A stretch of DNA of 64,000 bases from a bacterium (GCA_029565685.1 JAKQNR010000022.1:556035-620034), one strand, 5' to 3'; numbered from the stretch's first letter, positions 30,101-40,166 are shown. The notes: a model not told the origin generated them from the letters alone. Numbers and translations are program-made.

Positions 30101-31660
30101 CTATTTGGCATAGTTCACCGCTCGGTATTCACGGATGACGGTCACTTTAATTTGGCCGGGGTATTCCATTTCACTCTGGATTTTTTCTGCGATATCCGCC
30201 GCCAGTTGTTCGGACAGGGCGTCATCGATTTTGTCATGTTCGGCGATGACGCGGATTTCACGGCCTGCTTGAATGGCGTAGGCCTTGCCGACGCCGGCGA
30301 AGGATTTGGCCAATCCTTCGAGGTTATCCAGGCGCTTGATATAGGATTCCAGAGTTTCCCGGCGTGCGCCAGGACGCGATCCGCTGATCGCGTCGGCTGC
30401 CATCACCAGCACAGAGATCGGTGAGGTGATCTCGACATCCTCGTGATGGGATGCAATGGCATTCTGCACCACCGGGCCTTCGCCGTACTTGCGTGCGATC
30501 TCTACGCCGATTTGCGTATGGGTGCCGTCCGTATAACGATCAATGGCTTTGCCGATATCATGCAGCAAAGCCGCACGTTTCGCCAGATTGCCGTCAAGAT
30601 CGAGACTGGCTGCCATCAAGCCGCAGAGATAGGACACCTCAATAGAGTGCTGCAGCACGTTTTGTCCGTAGCTGGTGCGGAATTTCAGCTTGCCCAGCAG
30701 TTTGACCAGCTCCGGATGCATGCTGGTGATGCCGCATTCAAGCAGGGCCTGCTCGCCGTCGGCCACCAGGTTCTCCTCCATCTCCTGTTTGACTTTTTCC
30801 ACCAGCTCCTCGATGCGGGTGGGGTGAATGCGGCCATCCGCCACCAGCCGTTCCAAAGCCACGCGGGCGATCTCCCGCCGAAAAGGATCGAATCCGGACA
30901 AGACCACCGCCTCCGGCGTGTCGTCGACGATCACCTCGACGCCGGTCGCCTGTTCAAAGGAGCGGATGTTGCGGCCTTCACGGCCGATGATCCTGCCCTT
31001 CATTTCATCGCTGGGCAGATTGACCACCGACACCGTGGTTTCAGTCGAATGGTCGGCCGCGGTGCGCTGGATCGCTTGAATGATGATCTCTTTAGCCTCG
31101 CGATTGGCCGTCTGCCGGGCGCGGTCCTTGATCTCTTTGACCAGTTGCGCCGCCTCCTGCTTGGCCTTTTCGCTCATGTTTTGAATCAATATTTTTTTCG
31201 CTTCTTCCTGTGAGATGCCGCTGATCTTTTCCAAACGCCGGGACTGTTCTTCGATGATCAATGCCACTTCGCCTTCGCGTTTGTCCAGCTCTTCGGACTT
31301 TTTCTTCAACTCGCCCTCACGATCGTCGAGATCTTTTTCTTTTTTGGTCAACAGATCGTGCCGTCGGTCGAGGTTGAGCTCCCGGGCGTTCAGCTTGTTT
31401 TCAATTTTGGCAAGCTCGTTGCGCCGCGCTTTGGTCTCATTTTCAAAGTTTTGTTTCAGCCGCAGCCACTCGTCCTTGGCCTCCAGCTGTTTTTCTTTTT
31501 TTAGATTCTCCGCATCCTTTTTGGCATCAGCAAGGATCCGTTGGGCCGTTGTTTCGGCGTCCTTGAGCCGATTCTGCCCGAGATGCCTTGAGGTCAGCCA
31601 GCCCGCCAATCCTGCCGCCACGGCAACGACCAGCGCTATCAGCATCATGGTTAGGCTCAT
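30101..31660 (-). CDS. rny: Ribonuclease Y
   Basis: N-terminal TM helix, coiled coil, KH domain and HD domain ('[10 protein letters not shown]'). GGAGGGGAG RBS. Confidence 0.9.
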   Translation of the reverse strand: MSLTMMLIALVVAVAAGLAGWLTSRHLGQNRLKDAETTAQRILADAKKDAENLKKEKQLEAKDEWLRLKQNFENETKARRNELAKIENKLNARELNLDRRHDLLTKKEKDLDDREGELKKKSEELDKREGEVALIIEEQSRRLEKISGISQEEAKKILIQNMSEKAKQEAAQLVKEIKDRARQTANREAKEIIIQAIQRTAADHSTETTVSVVNLPSDEMKGRIIGREGRNIRSFEQATGVEVIVDDTPEAVVLSGFDPFRREIARVALERLVADGRIHPTRIEELVEKVKQEMEENLVADGEQALLECGITSMHPELVKLLGKLKFRTSYGQNVLQHSIEVSYLCGLMAASLDLDGNLAKRAALLHDIGKAIDRYTDGTHTQIGVEIARKYGEGPVVQNAIASHHEDVEITSPISVLVMAADAISGSRPGARRETLESYIKRLDNLEGLAKSFAGVGKAYAIQAGREIRVIAEHDKIDDALSEQLAADIAEKIQSEMEYPGQIKVTVIREYRAVNYAK

Positions 31661-31824
31661 CTCCCCTCCAAACTAAAAAACCCAGTGCACGTACAAGTCC
31701 ATGGTTTCATATCAAGACACTCTTTCATTTTTACCCAATGAGGTATTTGCGCGTCTTGACAGAGAGGTCTGGCCTCGACGACTGGGTTGCTGATAACACG
31801 ATCTCGTTCAGGCAGGATTGCGGA

Positions 31825-32148
31825 TTAAAGCCCTCCCGACCCCGGATCATCCTTAATGCCAAATTCCAATTTATCAGTGAGCAATTTTACTTTTTCTTCA
31901 AAGTTAATATGACGTTTCTTCTGCACCTCTTTCTGGTGCAGCAGCTCATCGGTAATGTTGAGTGCGGCCAGGATAGCGATCTGATGCACCGGACGATTCG
32001 GCTTCGCCGCTTGGACTTCCCTCATTTTACTGTCAACATACTCCGCAATCCGTTTGACATATTCCACATTGGCGTTCACCCGTAACGGATATTCGGTCCC
32101 GAAAATATTAACTTTGATGTTATTTTCGCTGCTCATAGTAACCGGCAT
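31825..32148 (-). CDS. zapA: Cell-division protein ZapA
   Basis: 'VNIFGTEYPLRVNANVEYVKRIAEYVDSKMREV' is the ZapA core. The start may be the internal ATG at 32136. Confidence 0.75.
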   Translation of the reverse strand: MPVTMSSENNIKVNIFGTEYPLRVNANVEYVKRIAEYVDSKMREVQAAKPNRPVHQIAILAALNITDELLHQKEVQKKRHINFEEKVKLLTDKLEFGIKDDPGSGGL

Positions 32149-32206
32149 CGTTGGTCATGCAACACATTTAACGGTCAGACTCTTTCTGTCTGTACGACGC
32201 GATGGA

Positions 32207-32500
32207 TTAGCGTCCTTCCAGCACCTTGAGCTCGTCTAACTTGGCGAGCATGGATTGAATGCGGACGCGTAATTTATCCTCGGTTTCTTTGTATTTCAGA
32301 AGAATGGCTTCATCCGACTTTATCTTCTGCTCCTCCAGAGTGCGTTGCAGCGATTCCACTCTCAAGTCCGATTCCGCCAGTTTGGTCTTTAACTCTTTAT
32401 TTTCTTCCTGCAGGGAACGGTTGCGCCGATTCAGTTCACTGATCACGGCCAGCGCTTCATCGATGCGTGTTTCCAAAACATCCAATATATTTCGTTCCAC
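32207..32500 (-). CDS. ZapB-like coiled-coil protein
   Basis: 97 aa, entirely heptad coiled coil. Sits between pheT and zapA. Confidence 0.5.
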   Translation of the reverse strand: MERNILDVLETRIDEALAVISELNRRNRSLQEENKELKTKLAESDLRVESLQRTLEEQKIKSDEAILLKYKETEDKLRVRIQSMLAKLDELKVLEGR

Positions 32501-32509
32501 TTGGCCCTC

Positions 32510-34900
32510 TTAACGTGGTCGAAGTTCTGCATGCAAAGTGCTTTTCAGGCGATCCAGGATCGCTCTGACCCACCCTTCTATCTCACTTTCGCCTAATGTA
32601 CGTTCTTTTGAAGTAAAGGTCAAGGAAAAAGCGAGACTTTTGCGTCCGACCGGCACCTGTTCTCCTTTATAAAAATCAAATAGATGCACTGAGCTGAGGT
32701 AGGGGCCGCCGGCGCTGCGGATCACGGCTTCGATCTCCGCCACCGGTGTGTTCACATCTGCCAAAATGGCCAAGTCGAACGGCGCAGACGGAAAGCGCGG
32801 CACCGGCGTGAACAAGCGTCGCCGAGAGGCGGCCTGAGCCAGGCTTTCCATGTCAAAAACAAACGCAAAGACGTCATGAGTCTTAATCTTGAACTCTTCA
32901 CAGATCGAACGCTGAATTTGGCCGAACACACCGAGTTCCTGGCCGCCGATCTGCAGGGAGACGCTCTCCACATCCCAGATGGAGGAAGCGACCGGTTGTA
33001 GAGCATAGCCGTTCAAGGCCAATTTTTCCAGCATTGACAGAGCAATGCCCTTGATGTCGTAAAAGTCAAAGGCATGGGCCTGACTGTGCCAGGCCTGCTC
33101 TTGCCGGTCTCCAGCCAGTATCACCACGCCCTGCTTTTTTTCCACATACTCCCCTTGCTTTTTCCAGGCGGCGTTGCCGATTTCAAAAAAGCGCAGCGTG
33201 GAAATCTGGCGGTTGCGGTTGTAGGCGACATTAGCCAACGCCGAGATGAGCAGACTGGGACGAAAGGTCGACAGTTCGGCGCTCAAGGGATTGAGCAGCT
33301 CCACCCTTTCGCCGCCCGTGGGCAAAAACCTGTCAGCGAGTTGAGGTGTGACCAGGCTCAGGGATACCGTTTCGCGCAGACCGAATCCGCTCAACAAAAT
33401 ACGCAGACGATCGAGAAAAGCCACCTGTGTGTTGCTCGTCTGCCTCTGATCGATGCGGGCGGTGGTGTATTGGGGAATACGATCATATCCGTACAGCCGA
33501 CCGACCTCCTCGACGATGTCTATCTCCCGCGTAAGATCGTGACGAAAAGTGGGAATGGAAAGCTGAAGCCGGTCGCCCGCTGATCCGGAAAGCGAAATTT
33601 CCAACGGCGCCAAAATCGCACCCATCTTGTTTTTGGATATTTTCGCGCCTAAAAGCCGGTTGATGTTTTTTACCGATACCGTCACTTTGCCCGGTTTGAC
33701 CTTGTGGCTGACGACGTCATCGGCTTCGCCGCGCAGCTGCGCACCCGCCACCAGCATCAGCAGCTGCGCAGCGCGGTTCAAAGCGTACAGCGTGCCATTG
33801 GGATCCGTGCCGCGTTCAAACCGGCGGGACGATTCGGTGGAGAGATCCAGTTTTTTTGAAGTGCGGCGAATGCCCGTGGGCTCAAAGCACGCGCTCTCCA
33901 GGTACACGGTGCGGGTATCAGCCAGGACCTCGGAATTGATTCCCCCCATGACGCCGGCCAGCGCAACCGGCTTGACGCCGTCGCAGATCAAGCACATCGA
34001 TTCGTCGAGCATACGCTCCTGACCGTCCAAAGTGACGAAAGGCTCGCCCGCCTGTGCCGCGCGCACACGGATTTCATGTTTTTCCAACATGCGATGATCG
34101 AACGCGTGCAACGGCTGTCCACTTTCCAACATGACATAGTTGGTGACATCCACCACATTGTTGATGGCCCGCATGCCGCAGGCATACAGGCGGGAGGCCA
34201 TCCAGTAGGGCGACGGTTGAATGGCGATGTGTTCCAACATGCGGCCCGAGTATCTATAACAGTGTTCCGGACTCTGGATCTTGATCTTCATGCCGGATCG
34301 ATGTGGACCTTTTACTTTCGGCAAAACAGCTCTGGGCCGGCGCAGGCGCATTCCGGTGATCGCACTGATCTCTCTCGCCAGGCCGATGATGCTCAGGCAG
34401 TCCGGCCGGTTCGGCGTAATAAAGACATCGAACACATAGTCCTGATCGCCCACCACTTTTTTCAGATCGGTGCCTGGCCGCACGTCGGCGGATAAGACCA
34501 TTAGTTCCTCGCCGCGCTCCGTCAGTCCCAATTCCGCTTCAGAACAGAGCATGCCGGCGCTGGCGAATCCATGCAAGTGACGAATTCCTACGCTGGTCCC
34601 ATCGGCCAGCGTGGCGCCCGGTTGCGCCAGGGGCACTACGATTCCTTCGGCGGTGTTCGGCGCCGCACAAATCACTTGCACCGGCGCTGCCCCGGCGTCC
34701 ACCTGGCACAGCCATCGCCCCTCTGCGTTCGCCAACGGCACGCAGGACAGCACCTTGGCAGCCACCACTTGGCTGAAGCGGCGTTCCACAGGTTCCCAGC
34801 TCTCCACCTCCAGGCCGGCCATGGTCAAGGCGTCCGCCAACTGCTGGGGAGGCATGATGATGTCAACAAATTCTTGTAGCCAGCTGAGCGTAGCTTTCAA
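32510..34900 (-). CDS. pheT: Phenylalanyl-tRNA synthetase beta subunit
   Basis: 796 aa. N-terminus 'MKATLSWLQEFVDI'. B3/B4, B5 and anticodon-binding domains. Confidence 0.9.
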   Translation of the reverse strand: MKATLSWLQEFVDIIMPPQQLADALTMAGLEVESWEPVERRFSQVVAAKVLSCVPLANAEGRWLCQVDAGAAPVQVICAAPNTAEGIVVPLAQPGATLADGTSVGIRHLHGFASAGMLCSEAELGLTERGEELMVLSADVRPGTDLKKVVGDQDYVFDVFITPNRPDCLSIIGLAREISAITGMRLRRPRAVLPKVKGPHRSGMKIKIQSPEHCYRYSGRMLEHIAIQPSPYWMASRLYACGMRAINNVVDVTNYVMLESGQPLHAFDHRMLEKHEIRVRAAQAGEPFVTLDGQERMLDESMCLICDGVKPVALAGVMGGINSEVLADTRTVYLESACFEPTGIRRTSKKLDLSTESSRRFERGTDPNGTLYALNRAAQLLMLVAGAQLRGEADDVVSHKVKPGKVTVSVKNINRLLGAKISKNKMGAILAPLEISLSGSAGDRLQLSIPTFRHDLTREIDIVEEVGRLYGYDRIPQYTTARIDQRQTSNTQVAFLDRLRILLSGFGLRETVSLSLVTPQLADRFLPTGGERVELLNPLSAELSTFRPSLLISALANVAYNRNRQISTLRFFEIGNAAWKKQGEYVEKKQGVVILAGDRQEQAWHSQAHAFDFYDIKGIALSMLEKLALNGYALQPVASSIWDVESVSLQIGGQELGVFGQIQRSICEEFKIKTHDVFAFVFDMESLAQAASRRRLFTPVPRFPSAPFDLAILADVNTPVAEIEAVIRSAGGPYLSSVHLFDFYKGEQVPVGRKSLAFSLTFTSKERTLGESEIEGWVRAILDRLKSTLHAELRPR

Positions 34901-34913
34901 AATTCAAGTCCGG

Positions 34914-35942
34914 TTAGAATTGTTCCAAGAATCTCAGGTCATTATCGAAGAAATAGCGAATATCATTAATTTGATACTTGAGCATGGCGATGCGTTCTAC
35001 GCCCATGCCGAAAGCATAGCCGGAATACACGTTTGGATCATAATCGACGAAACCGAACACCGCTGGATCCACCATTCCGGCGCCGGAGATTTCGATCCAG
35101 CCAGTTCCTTTGCACACTCGGCATCCTTTTCCTTGGCAGACAAAGCAAGAAAAATCATATTCTGCACTGGGCTCGGTGAAGGGGAAAAAGCTGGGCCGGA
35201 AACGAACGCGGACATCCTGGCCGAACATTTTTTGTGCAAACACCTGCACCACACCTTTCAAGTCGGCGAAGGAGATGTCACGATCCACACACAAGCCCTC
35301 CACCTGATGAAATGTGGGAGAATGGGTGGCGTCTGGTGTGTCTTTGCGAAAGCAGCGTCCCGGAGCGATCATGCGCACCGGCGGTTTTTGCCGCTCCATG
35401 GTACGGATCTGCACCGGCGAGGTGTGAGTGCGCAGCACGTATTTGCCGTCGAGATAAAATGTGTCCTGCATGTCGCGCGACGGGTGATACGGCGGGATAT
35501 TGAGCGCTTCAAAATTATAATAGTCCAGCTCAATTTCCGGTCCCTCTTCGATGCGAAAGCCCATGGAAGTGAAAATGCTTTTGATTTCATCCAGCACCTG
35601 CATCAGCGGATGCAGGCCGCCCGAGGCGGGCGAACGTCCGGGCAGGCTATAATCGAATTGCTCGATCGTTTTGGCTGATTGGGCGGCTTTTGAAAGCTTG
35701 GCGGTCAGTTTCTCTTCAAATTCCTTTTTCAGTCGATTCAGTTCCTGCCCGATCATCGGCCGCTCGGCCGGATCCAGCTGAGCCAGGCTGCTGAACAGCG
35801 CCTGCACTCGGCCCTTGCGACCGAGATAGAGAATGCGGAGTTGCTCCAACTGCTGGCGGTCTTGAACCGTCAGCAGTTGAGCGACAAACTCCTGTTCCGT
35901 GTTGTGAATCAGCGCTTGTATTTTTGCGAATGCGTCCGTCAT
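34914..35942 (-). CDS. pheS: Phenylalanyl-tRNA synthetase alpha subunit
   Basis: Class-II motifs 'FRKDTPDATHSPTFHQVEG' and 'GAGMVDPAV'. Start placed at the MTDAFAKIQ ATG (35942). Confidence 0.9.
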   Translation of the reverse strand: MTDAFAKIQALIHNTEQEFVAQLLTVQDRQQLEQLRILYLGRKGRVQALFSSLAQLDPAERPMIGQELNRLKKEFEEKLTAKLSKAAQSAKTIEQFDYSLPGRSPASGGLHPLMQVLDEIKSIFTSMGFRIEEGPEIELDYYNFEALNIPPYHPSRDMQDTFYLDGKYVLRTHTSPVQIRTMERQKPPVRMIAPGRCFRKDTPDATHSPTFHQVEGLCVDRDISFADLKGVVQVFAQKMFGQDVRVRFRPSFFPFTEPSAEYDFSCFVCQGKGCRVCKGTGWIEISGAGMVDPAVFGFVDYDPNVYSGYAFGMGVERIAMLKYQINDIRYFFDNDLRFLEQF

Positions 35943-35952
35943 GGCGTCCGTT

Positions 35953-36300
35953 TCAGGATTTGGCCGTCTTGACCAGCGCCTCGAAAGCCGGCAGGTCATG
36001 AACCGCCAGGTCGGCCAGAACCTTGCGGTTGATTTCGATATTGTGCTTTTTCAGCCCGTCAATCAACATAGAATAGCTCGAATCAAACATTCGGGCTGCC
36101 GCGTTAATGCGCACAATCCACAAACTACGAAATTCGCGTCTTCTGACTCGGCGATCGCGGTAGGCGTACTGAAGCCCCTTGTCGACCTGCTCTTTGGCAG
36201 ATCGCCAGAGACGGCTTTTCCCGCCCCAATAGCCTTTAGCGGCTTTTAAATATTTGTTTCGACGGTGACGCGTTACGACCGGCGAATGGGATCTTGGCAT
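35953..36300 (-). CDS. rplT: 50S ribosomal protein L20
   Basis: 'MPRSHSPVVTRHRRNKYLKAAKGYWGGKSRLWRSAKEQV'. Confidence 0.95.
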   Translation of the reverse strand: MPRSHSPVVTRHRRNKYLKAAKGYWGGKSRLWRSAKEQVDKGLQYAYRDRRVRRREFRSLWIVRINAAARMFDSSYSMLIDGLKKHNIEINRKVLADLAVHDLPAFEALVKTAKS

Positions 36301-36330
36301 AACTCCTCCAAAAGATTAAGGTCTGCCCGA

Positions 36331-36525
36331 TCAGGCAGAGATCATTTTTTTGACGCGTGCCTCATCGACCGGATGGATGATGTCGGCACGCCGCAGCGCA
36401 CGTTTGCGCTTGCGCGTTTTCTTGGTTAAAATGTGGCGTTTGCACGAATGGTTGCTGCGCACTTTACCCGTTCCCGTCAACCGAAAACGTTTTTTAGCCG
36501 CCCGGTTTGACTTTTGTTTCGGCAT
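36331..36525 (-). CDS. rpmI: 50S ribosomal protein L35
   Basis: 'MPKQKSNRAAKKRFRLTGTGKV'. Confidence 0.95.
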   Translation of the reverse strand: MPKQKSNRAAKKRFRLTGTGKVRSNHSCKRHILTKKTRKRKRALRRADIIHPVDEARVKKMISA

Positions 36526-36552
36526 TGTGTCCCTCTCATGAAAAATGGATGA

Positions 36553-37062
36553 TTATTTTTTCGTATAGACGACCACCAGAGTTCCGCCTTCCATCGCCGG
36601 TTCCTTGTCGTATTTGGCGATGTCTTCGAGCGCTTTGGTGAAATTTTCCATCACGCGCTTACCGAACTCCTGGTGAATCATCTCACGTCCTTTGAACACC
36701 ACCGAGGCCTTGACGCGGTTGCCCTCCTCAAGAAATTTGCGGGCGTGTTTGACCTTGAAATCGAAATCATGTTCTTCGATCTTGGGTCGCAGCCGTATCT
36801 CCTTGGTCAGGATGATGTGTTGTTTTTTTCTGGTTTCTTTTTCTTTTTTGGCCAGTTCGTACTTGTACTTGCCAAAATCCATGATTTTGCACACAGGCGG
36901 ATCGGAGTTGGGCGAAACTTCAACCAGGTCGAATCCCGCCGATTCCGCTCTTCTGAGCGCCTCACTGATCTTGATCAGGCCTAGCTGCTCACCGGCCTCG
37001 CCGATCAGGCGCACCACCGGAACATCAATCTGTTCATTGATGCGAATGGCTTTTTTCTTGAT
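36553..37062 (-). CDS. infC: Translation initiation factor IF-3, inferred non-AUG (ATC) start
   Basis: IF-3 core 'VRLIGEAGEQLGLI...'. In-frame upstream 'IKKKAIRINEQIDVP' matches the IF-3 N-terminus. Its ATC sits 7 nt after an AGGAG RBS and there is no in-frame ATG. Confidence 0.8.
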   Translation of the reverse strand: MKKKAIRINEQIDVPVVRLIGEAGEQLGLIKISEALRRAESAGFDLVEVSPNSDPPVCKIMDFGKYKYELAKKEKETRKKQHIILTKEIRLRPKIEEHDFDFKVKHARKFLEEGNRVKASVVFKGREMIHQEFGKRVMENFTKALEDIAKYDKEPAMEGGTLVVVYTKK

Positions 37063-37120
37063 GGGATATCTCCTTATATTAGTCCTTAAAAAGGCTCGAA
37101 TCCGCCAAAGCGAACCGAGA

Positions 37121-39034
37121 TTAACCTTTGGTTCTCTCCTTCTCTTTGATCTCGTCTACAACGGATTGGACGGAATGAACGCCGCAATCCCCTTCTTTAT
37201 GCTTACGCAGGGAGACTGTGTTGGTATCAACCTCTTTTTGTCCAAGGACCAGCATATAGGGTATCTTTTGAGTTTCCGCTTCACGAATCTTGTAGCCGAC
37301 TTTTTCGCTGCGATCATCCAATTGGACGCGAAGGCCCTGCTGGTGCAGCGTTTCGAAAACTGTTCGTCCATACTCAGCCTGCTTTTCCGTGATCGGCAGC
37401 ACGATGGCTTGCACCGGCGCCAGCCAGAGGGGAAAGGCGCCTGCGTAGTGTTCGATCAAGACGCCGAAAAACCGCTCCAGGGAGCCGAGCAGGGCACGAT
37501 GGAGCATAATCGGACGGTGGCGGTTGCCGTCCTGACCGATATAGGTGATGTCGAACCGCTCGGGTTCGTTGAAATCGACCTGAATGGTTGAACACTGCCA
37601 GGTTCGTCCCAGGCGGTCCCGTATCTTGATGTCGATCTTGGGCCCGTAGAACACACCCTCTCCCGGATCCACCTGGTACTCCACCTGAGCCCGTTCCAAG
37701 GCGTTCTTGAGCGCTTCTGTGGCGATCTGCCAGTTCTCCACGGTGCCGACCGCATTGGCGGGACGGGTGGACAGATAGACGTCGTAGGATTCGAATCCAA
37801 AGGAGCGCAGCATGTACAGGCAAAAATCCAGCACGCGGGAGATCTCAGCGTCCAGTTGATCCGGACGACAGATCAAATGCGCATCGTCCTGCGTAAAGCC
37901 GCGCACGCGTAAAAGACCGTGCAACACACCGGATCGCTCGTAACGATAAACCGTGCCGAGCTCGGCCCAGCGCAACGGCAGATCCCGATAACTGCGCATG
38001 CTGTTTTTGTAAATCTGCAGATGAAACGGACAGTTCATCGGCTTGATCAGGTATTCGACCTCATCCACCACCATGGGGGAAAACATGTTTTCATGAAAAA
38101 AATCCAGATGGCCGCTGGTGCTCCATAGATTCGCCCGTGCAATATGAGGCGTATTGACAAACTCATAGCCCGCTTTCAGGTGCTCCTGTTTCCAGAACTC
38201 TTCGATTTTGTAACGGATAAAGGCGCCCTTGGGGTGCCACAGTATCAATCCGGCGCCGATCTCTTCGTTGATGCTGTAGAGATCAAGCTCTTTGCCCAGG
38301 CGACGATGGTCGCGCTTTTTGGCTTCTTCCAAACGCAGCAGATACTCATCCAACTGCGCCTTTTTACTGAAAGCGACGCCGTAAACGCGCTGCAGCATGG
38401 GATTTTTTTCATCGCCCAGCCAATAGGCGCCCGCCACGCTCAACAGCTTGAAGTATTTGACGGCGCCGGTGGATGGAAGATGGGGCCCGCGGCAGAGATC
38501 GACAAAATCACCTTCTCGATAAATGCTCGGCGGTTCGTTCAGCCGTTCAATCTGCTCCAGCTTGTAGGTCTCGCCCAGACTTTTAAAAAGTTTCAACGCC
38601 TCTGCTTTGTCCAGATCCTCCCGAACAAAGGGGAGATCCGCCTTGACGATCTCCGCCATCTTTTTTTCAATCGCTTGCAGATCTTCCGGGGTCAGCGGCC
38701 GGGCGATGTCGACATCATAATAAAAACCATCCTCCACCGGCGGGCCGAAAGCGAATTTGGCCTGAGGGAAAAGTGATTTAATGGCATGCGCCATCACATG
38801 GGCGGAGGAATGCCAAAAGATATTCATGCCCTCTGCAGAGTCCGCGGTGATGAAAACCAGCTTGCCGTCGCTGGTCAAAGGCGCCGATAGATCCAACCAG
38901 CGCTCATCATATTTGGCCGCGATCGCTTCCCGGCTGATACGACCATTGATCTCGGATAAGATATCCCGCACGCGTACGCCGGCCGGATACTGTTTTGTTT
39001 TCCCGTCCGGAAAAGTGACTGTGATCTCAGCCAT
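37121..39034 (-). CDS. thrS: Threonyl-tRNA synthetase
   Basis: 637 aa. TGS domain 'MAEITVTFPDGKTKQY'. Class-II core and anticodon-binding domain. Confidence 0.95.
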   Translation of the reverse strand: MAEITVTFPDGKTKQYPAGVRVRDILSEINGRISREAIAAKYDERWLDLSAPLTSDGKLVFITADSAEGMNIFWHSSAHVMAHAIKSLFPQAKFAFGPPVEDGFYYDVDIARPLTPEDLQAIEKKMAEIVKADLPFVREDLDKAEALKLFKSLGETYKLEQIERLNEPPSIYREGDFVDLCRGPHLPSTGAVKYFKLLSVAGAYWLGDEKNPMLQRVYGVAFSKKAQLDEYLLRLEEAKKRDHRRLGKELDLYSINEEIGAGLILWHPKGAFIRYKIEEFWKQEHLKAGYEFVNTPHIARANLWSTSGHLDFFHENMFSPMVVDEVEYLIKPMNCPFHLQIYKNSMRSYRDLPLRWAELGTVYRYERSGVLHGLLRVRGFTQDDAHLICRPDQLDAEISRVLDFCLYMLRSFGFESYDVYLSTRPANAVGTVENWQIATEALKNALERAQVEYQVDPGEGVFYGPKIDIKIRDRLGRTWQCSTIQVDFNEPERFDITYIGQDGNRHRPIMLHRALLGSLERFFGVLIEHYAGAFPLWLAPVQAIVLPITEKQAEYGRTVFETLHQQGLRVQLDDRSEKVGYKIREAETQKIPYMLVLGQKEVDTNTVSLRKHKEGDCGVHSVQSVVDEIKEKERTKG

Positions 39035-39109
39035 CCCGCTCTCATACTAGTTAAGGAATGAGTGCGCCGTGACTATGGCGCCGTTCGCCGGAAGGTCCGG
39101 CCTTCTATC

Positions 39110-39141
39110 GATAAAACAAGAAACCGCCCCGGAAGGCGGCT
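39110..39141 (-). terminator. Rho-independent terminator after tRNA-Val, upstream of thrS
   Basis: Minus strand reads CCGCC-TTCCGG-GGCGG followed by TTTCTTGTTTT. Confidence 0.45.
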
Positions 39142-39162
39142 GTGACAATGGGTGATACGGTG

Positions 39163-39236
39163 TGGGCGGTACTGGAATTGAACCAGTGACCCCTTGCATG
39201 TCAAGCAAGTACTCTAACCAGCTGAGCTAACCGCCC
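39163..39236 (-). tRNA. tRNA-Val (anticodon GAC)
   Basis: GGGCGGTTAGCTCAGCTGGTTAGAG... Anticodon loop TTGACAT. T-loop TTCAATT. Confidence 0.8.
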
Positions 39237-39319
39237 CAGTGTTGCTTACACCTCCATGATGGTCATTTAAAAAAAAAGCGTTCCTGGCGGTAACGCTCTT
39301 CTTGATCAACCATCCCTTG

Positions 39320-39405
39320 TGCCGAGGGCCGGAATCGAACCGGCACGGACTTTGCAATCCGAGGGATTTTAAGTCCCTTGCGTCTACCATTTCCGCCACC
39401 CCGGC
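39320..39405 (-). tRNA. tRNA-Leu (anticodon TAA)
   Basis: GCCGGGGTGGCGGAAATGGTAGACGC... with a long variable arm. Anticodon loop CTTAAAA. Confidence 0.8.
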
Positions 39406-39424
39406 TCCTGCGGCCTCACAAGTA

Positions 39425-39500
39425 TGGAGGCGGCGATCGGAATCGAACCGATGCATAGAGGTTTTGCAGACCTCCGCCTTAGCCACTTGGCTACGCCGCC
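39425..39500 (-). tRNA. tRNA-Cys (anticodon GCA), CCA encoded
   Basis: GGCGGCGTAGCCAAGTGG... Anticodon loop CTGCAAA. 3' terminal CCA present. Confidence 0.8.
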
Positions 39501-39513
39501 GCACGATTCTTTG

Positions 39514-39585
39514 AGCGGGAGACGGGACTTGAACCCGCGACCCCAACCTTGGCAAGGTTATGTTCTACCACTGAACTACTCCCGC
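39514..39585 (-). tRNA. tRNA-Gly (anticodon GCC)
   Basis: GCGGGAGTAGTTCAGTGGTAGAACA... Anticodon loop TTGCCAA. Confidence 0.85.
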
Positions 39586-39748
39586 TTGCAAGGTTTAATA
39601 TAAATATATTTTGATCTTTATGCAAGTATTTTTTTAAAAAACGTCGATTTTCTGCCATTCTGTTGTGCATTTTTTATTTTACGCACTCCTGAACGTTTGA
39701 GGGTATGTCCAAGCGTCTATCATGAGTGGGGAAAAACGTTAAGATTCT

Positions 39749-39985
39749 GTGGTGTGGAGGTGCGTTACGTCCTATTCAACCGCTAAAACGATGCTGACAC
39801 TGATTATAACCTGTGAGGCATGCGGGCTCGTCGATCGGTATCAGGCAGAGGATGAGTCGGAAATTGCCAGGCTTGTTCAGGCCTATAGCTGTCCCAACCA
39901 TTGCGACAAAAAATATTGCAGCTACATCAGTGTGGGGCAAATTATACTTTCAAACCAGCGACCTGCCTTTCCCCGTGTGGCGTAA
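39749..39985 (+). CDS. Hypothetical Cys-rich small protein (78 aa; possible zinc ribbon)
   Basis: 'CEACGLVDRY...CPNHCDKKYC'. Antisense to the tRNA cluster. Stop is followed directly by the bidirectional terminator. No clear RBS. Coding status uncertain. Confidence 0.3.
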   Translation: MVWRCVTSYSTAKTMLTLIITCEACGLVDRYQAEDESEIARLVQAYSCPNHCDKKYCSYISVGQIILSNQRPAFPRVA

Positions 39986-39990
39986 ACACA

Positions 39991-40030
39991 GAAAAAGGCT
40001 GATGAAATATATTCATCAGCCTTTTTCTTG
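39991..40030. terminator. Bidirectional rho-independent terminator
   Basis: A-run, then GGCTGATGAA-ATATA-TTCATCAGCC perfect 10-bp stem, then T-run. Lies between the small-ORF stop (+) and the tRNA-Ala 3' end (-). Confidence 0.7.
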
Positions 40031-40104
<74 letters not shown>

Positions 40105-40166
40105 TATAGATTATATTTTAACCATTTTTATGATCAATGTCAACAAAAATATATCATGCATCGGCG

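Noticed and set aside
39035-39110. Structured thrS leader (GCCGGA-CC-TCCGGC and GCGCC...GGCGC dyads on the minus strand)
   Set aside because: Short, and could equally be chance GC-rich dyads. No resemblance to a T-box or to the E. coli thrS operator that I can verify without tools.
39214-39555. 113-aa ORF on the minus strand across the tRNA cluster
   Set aside because: It overlaps three hand-folded tRNA genes (Val, Leu, Cys), so it is a spurious open frame.
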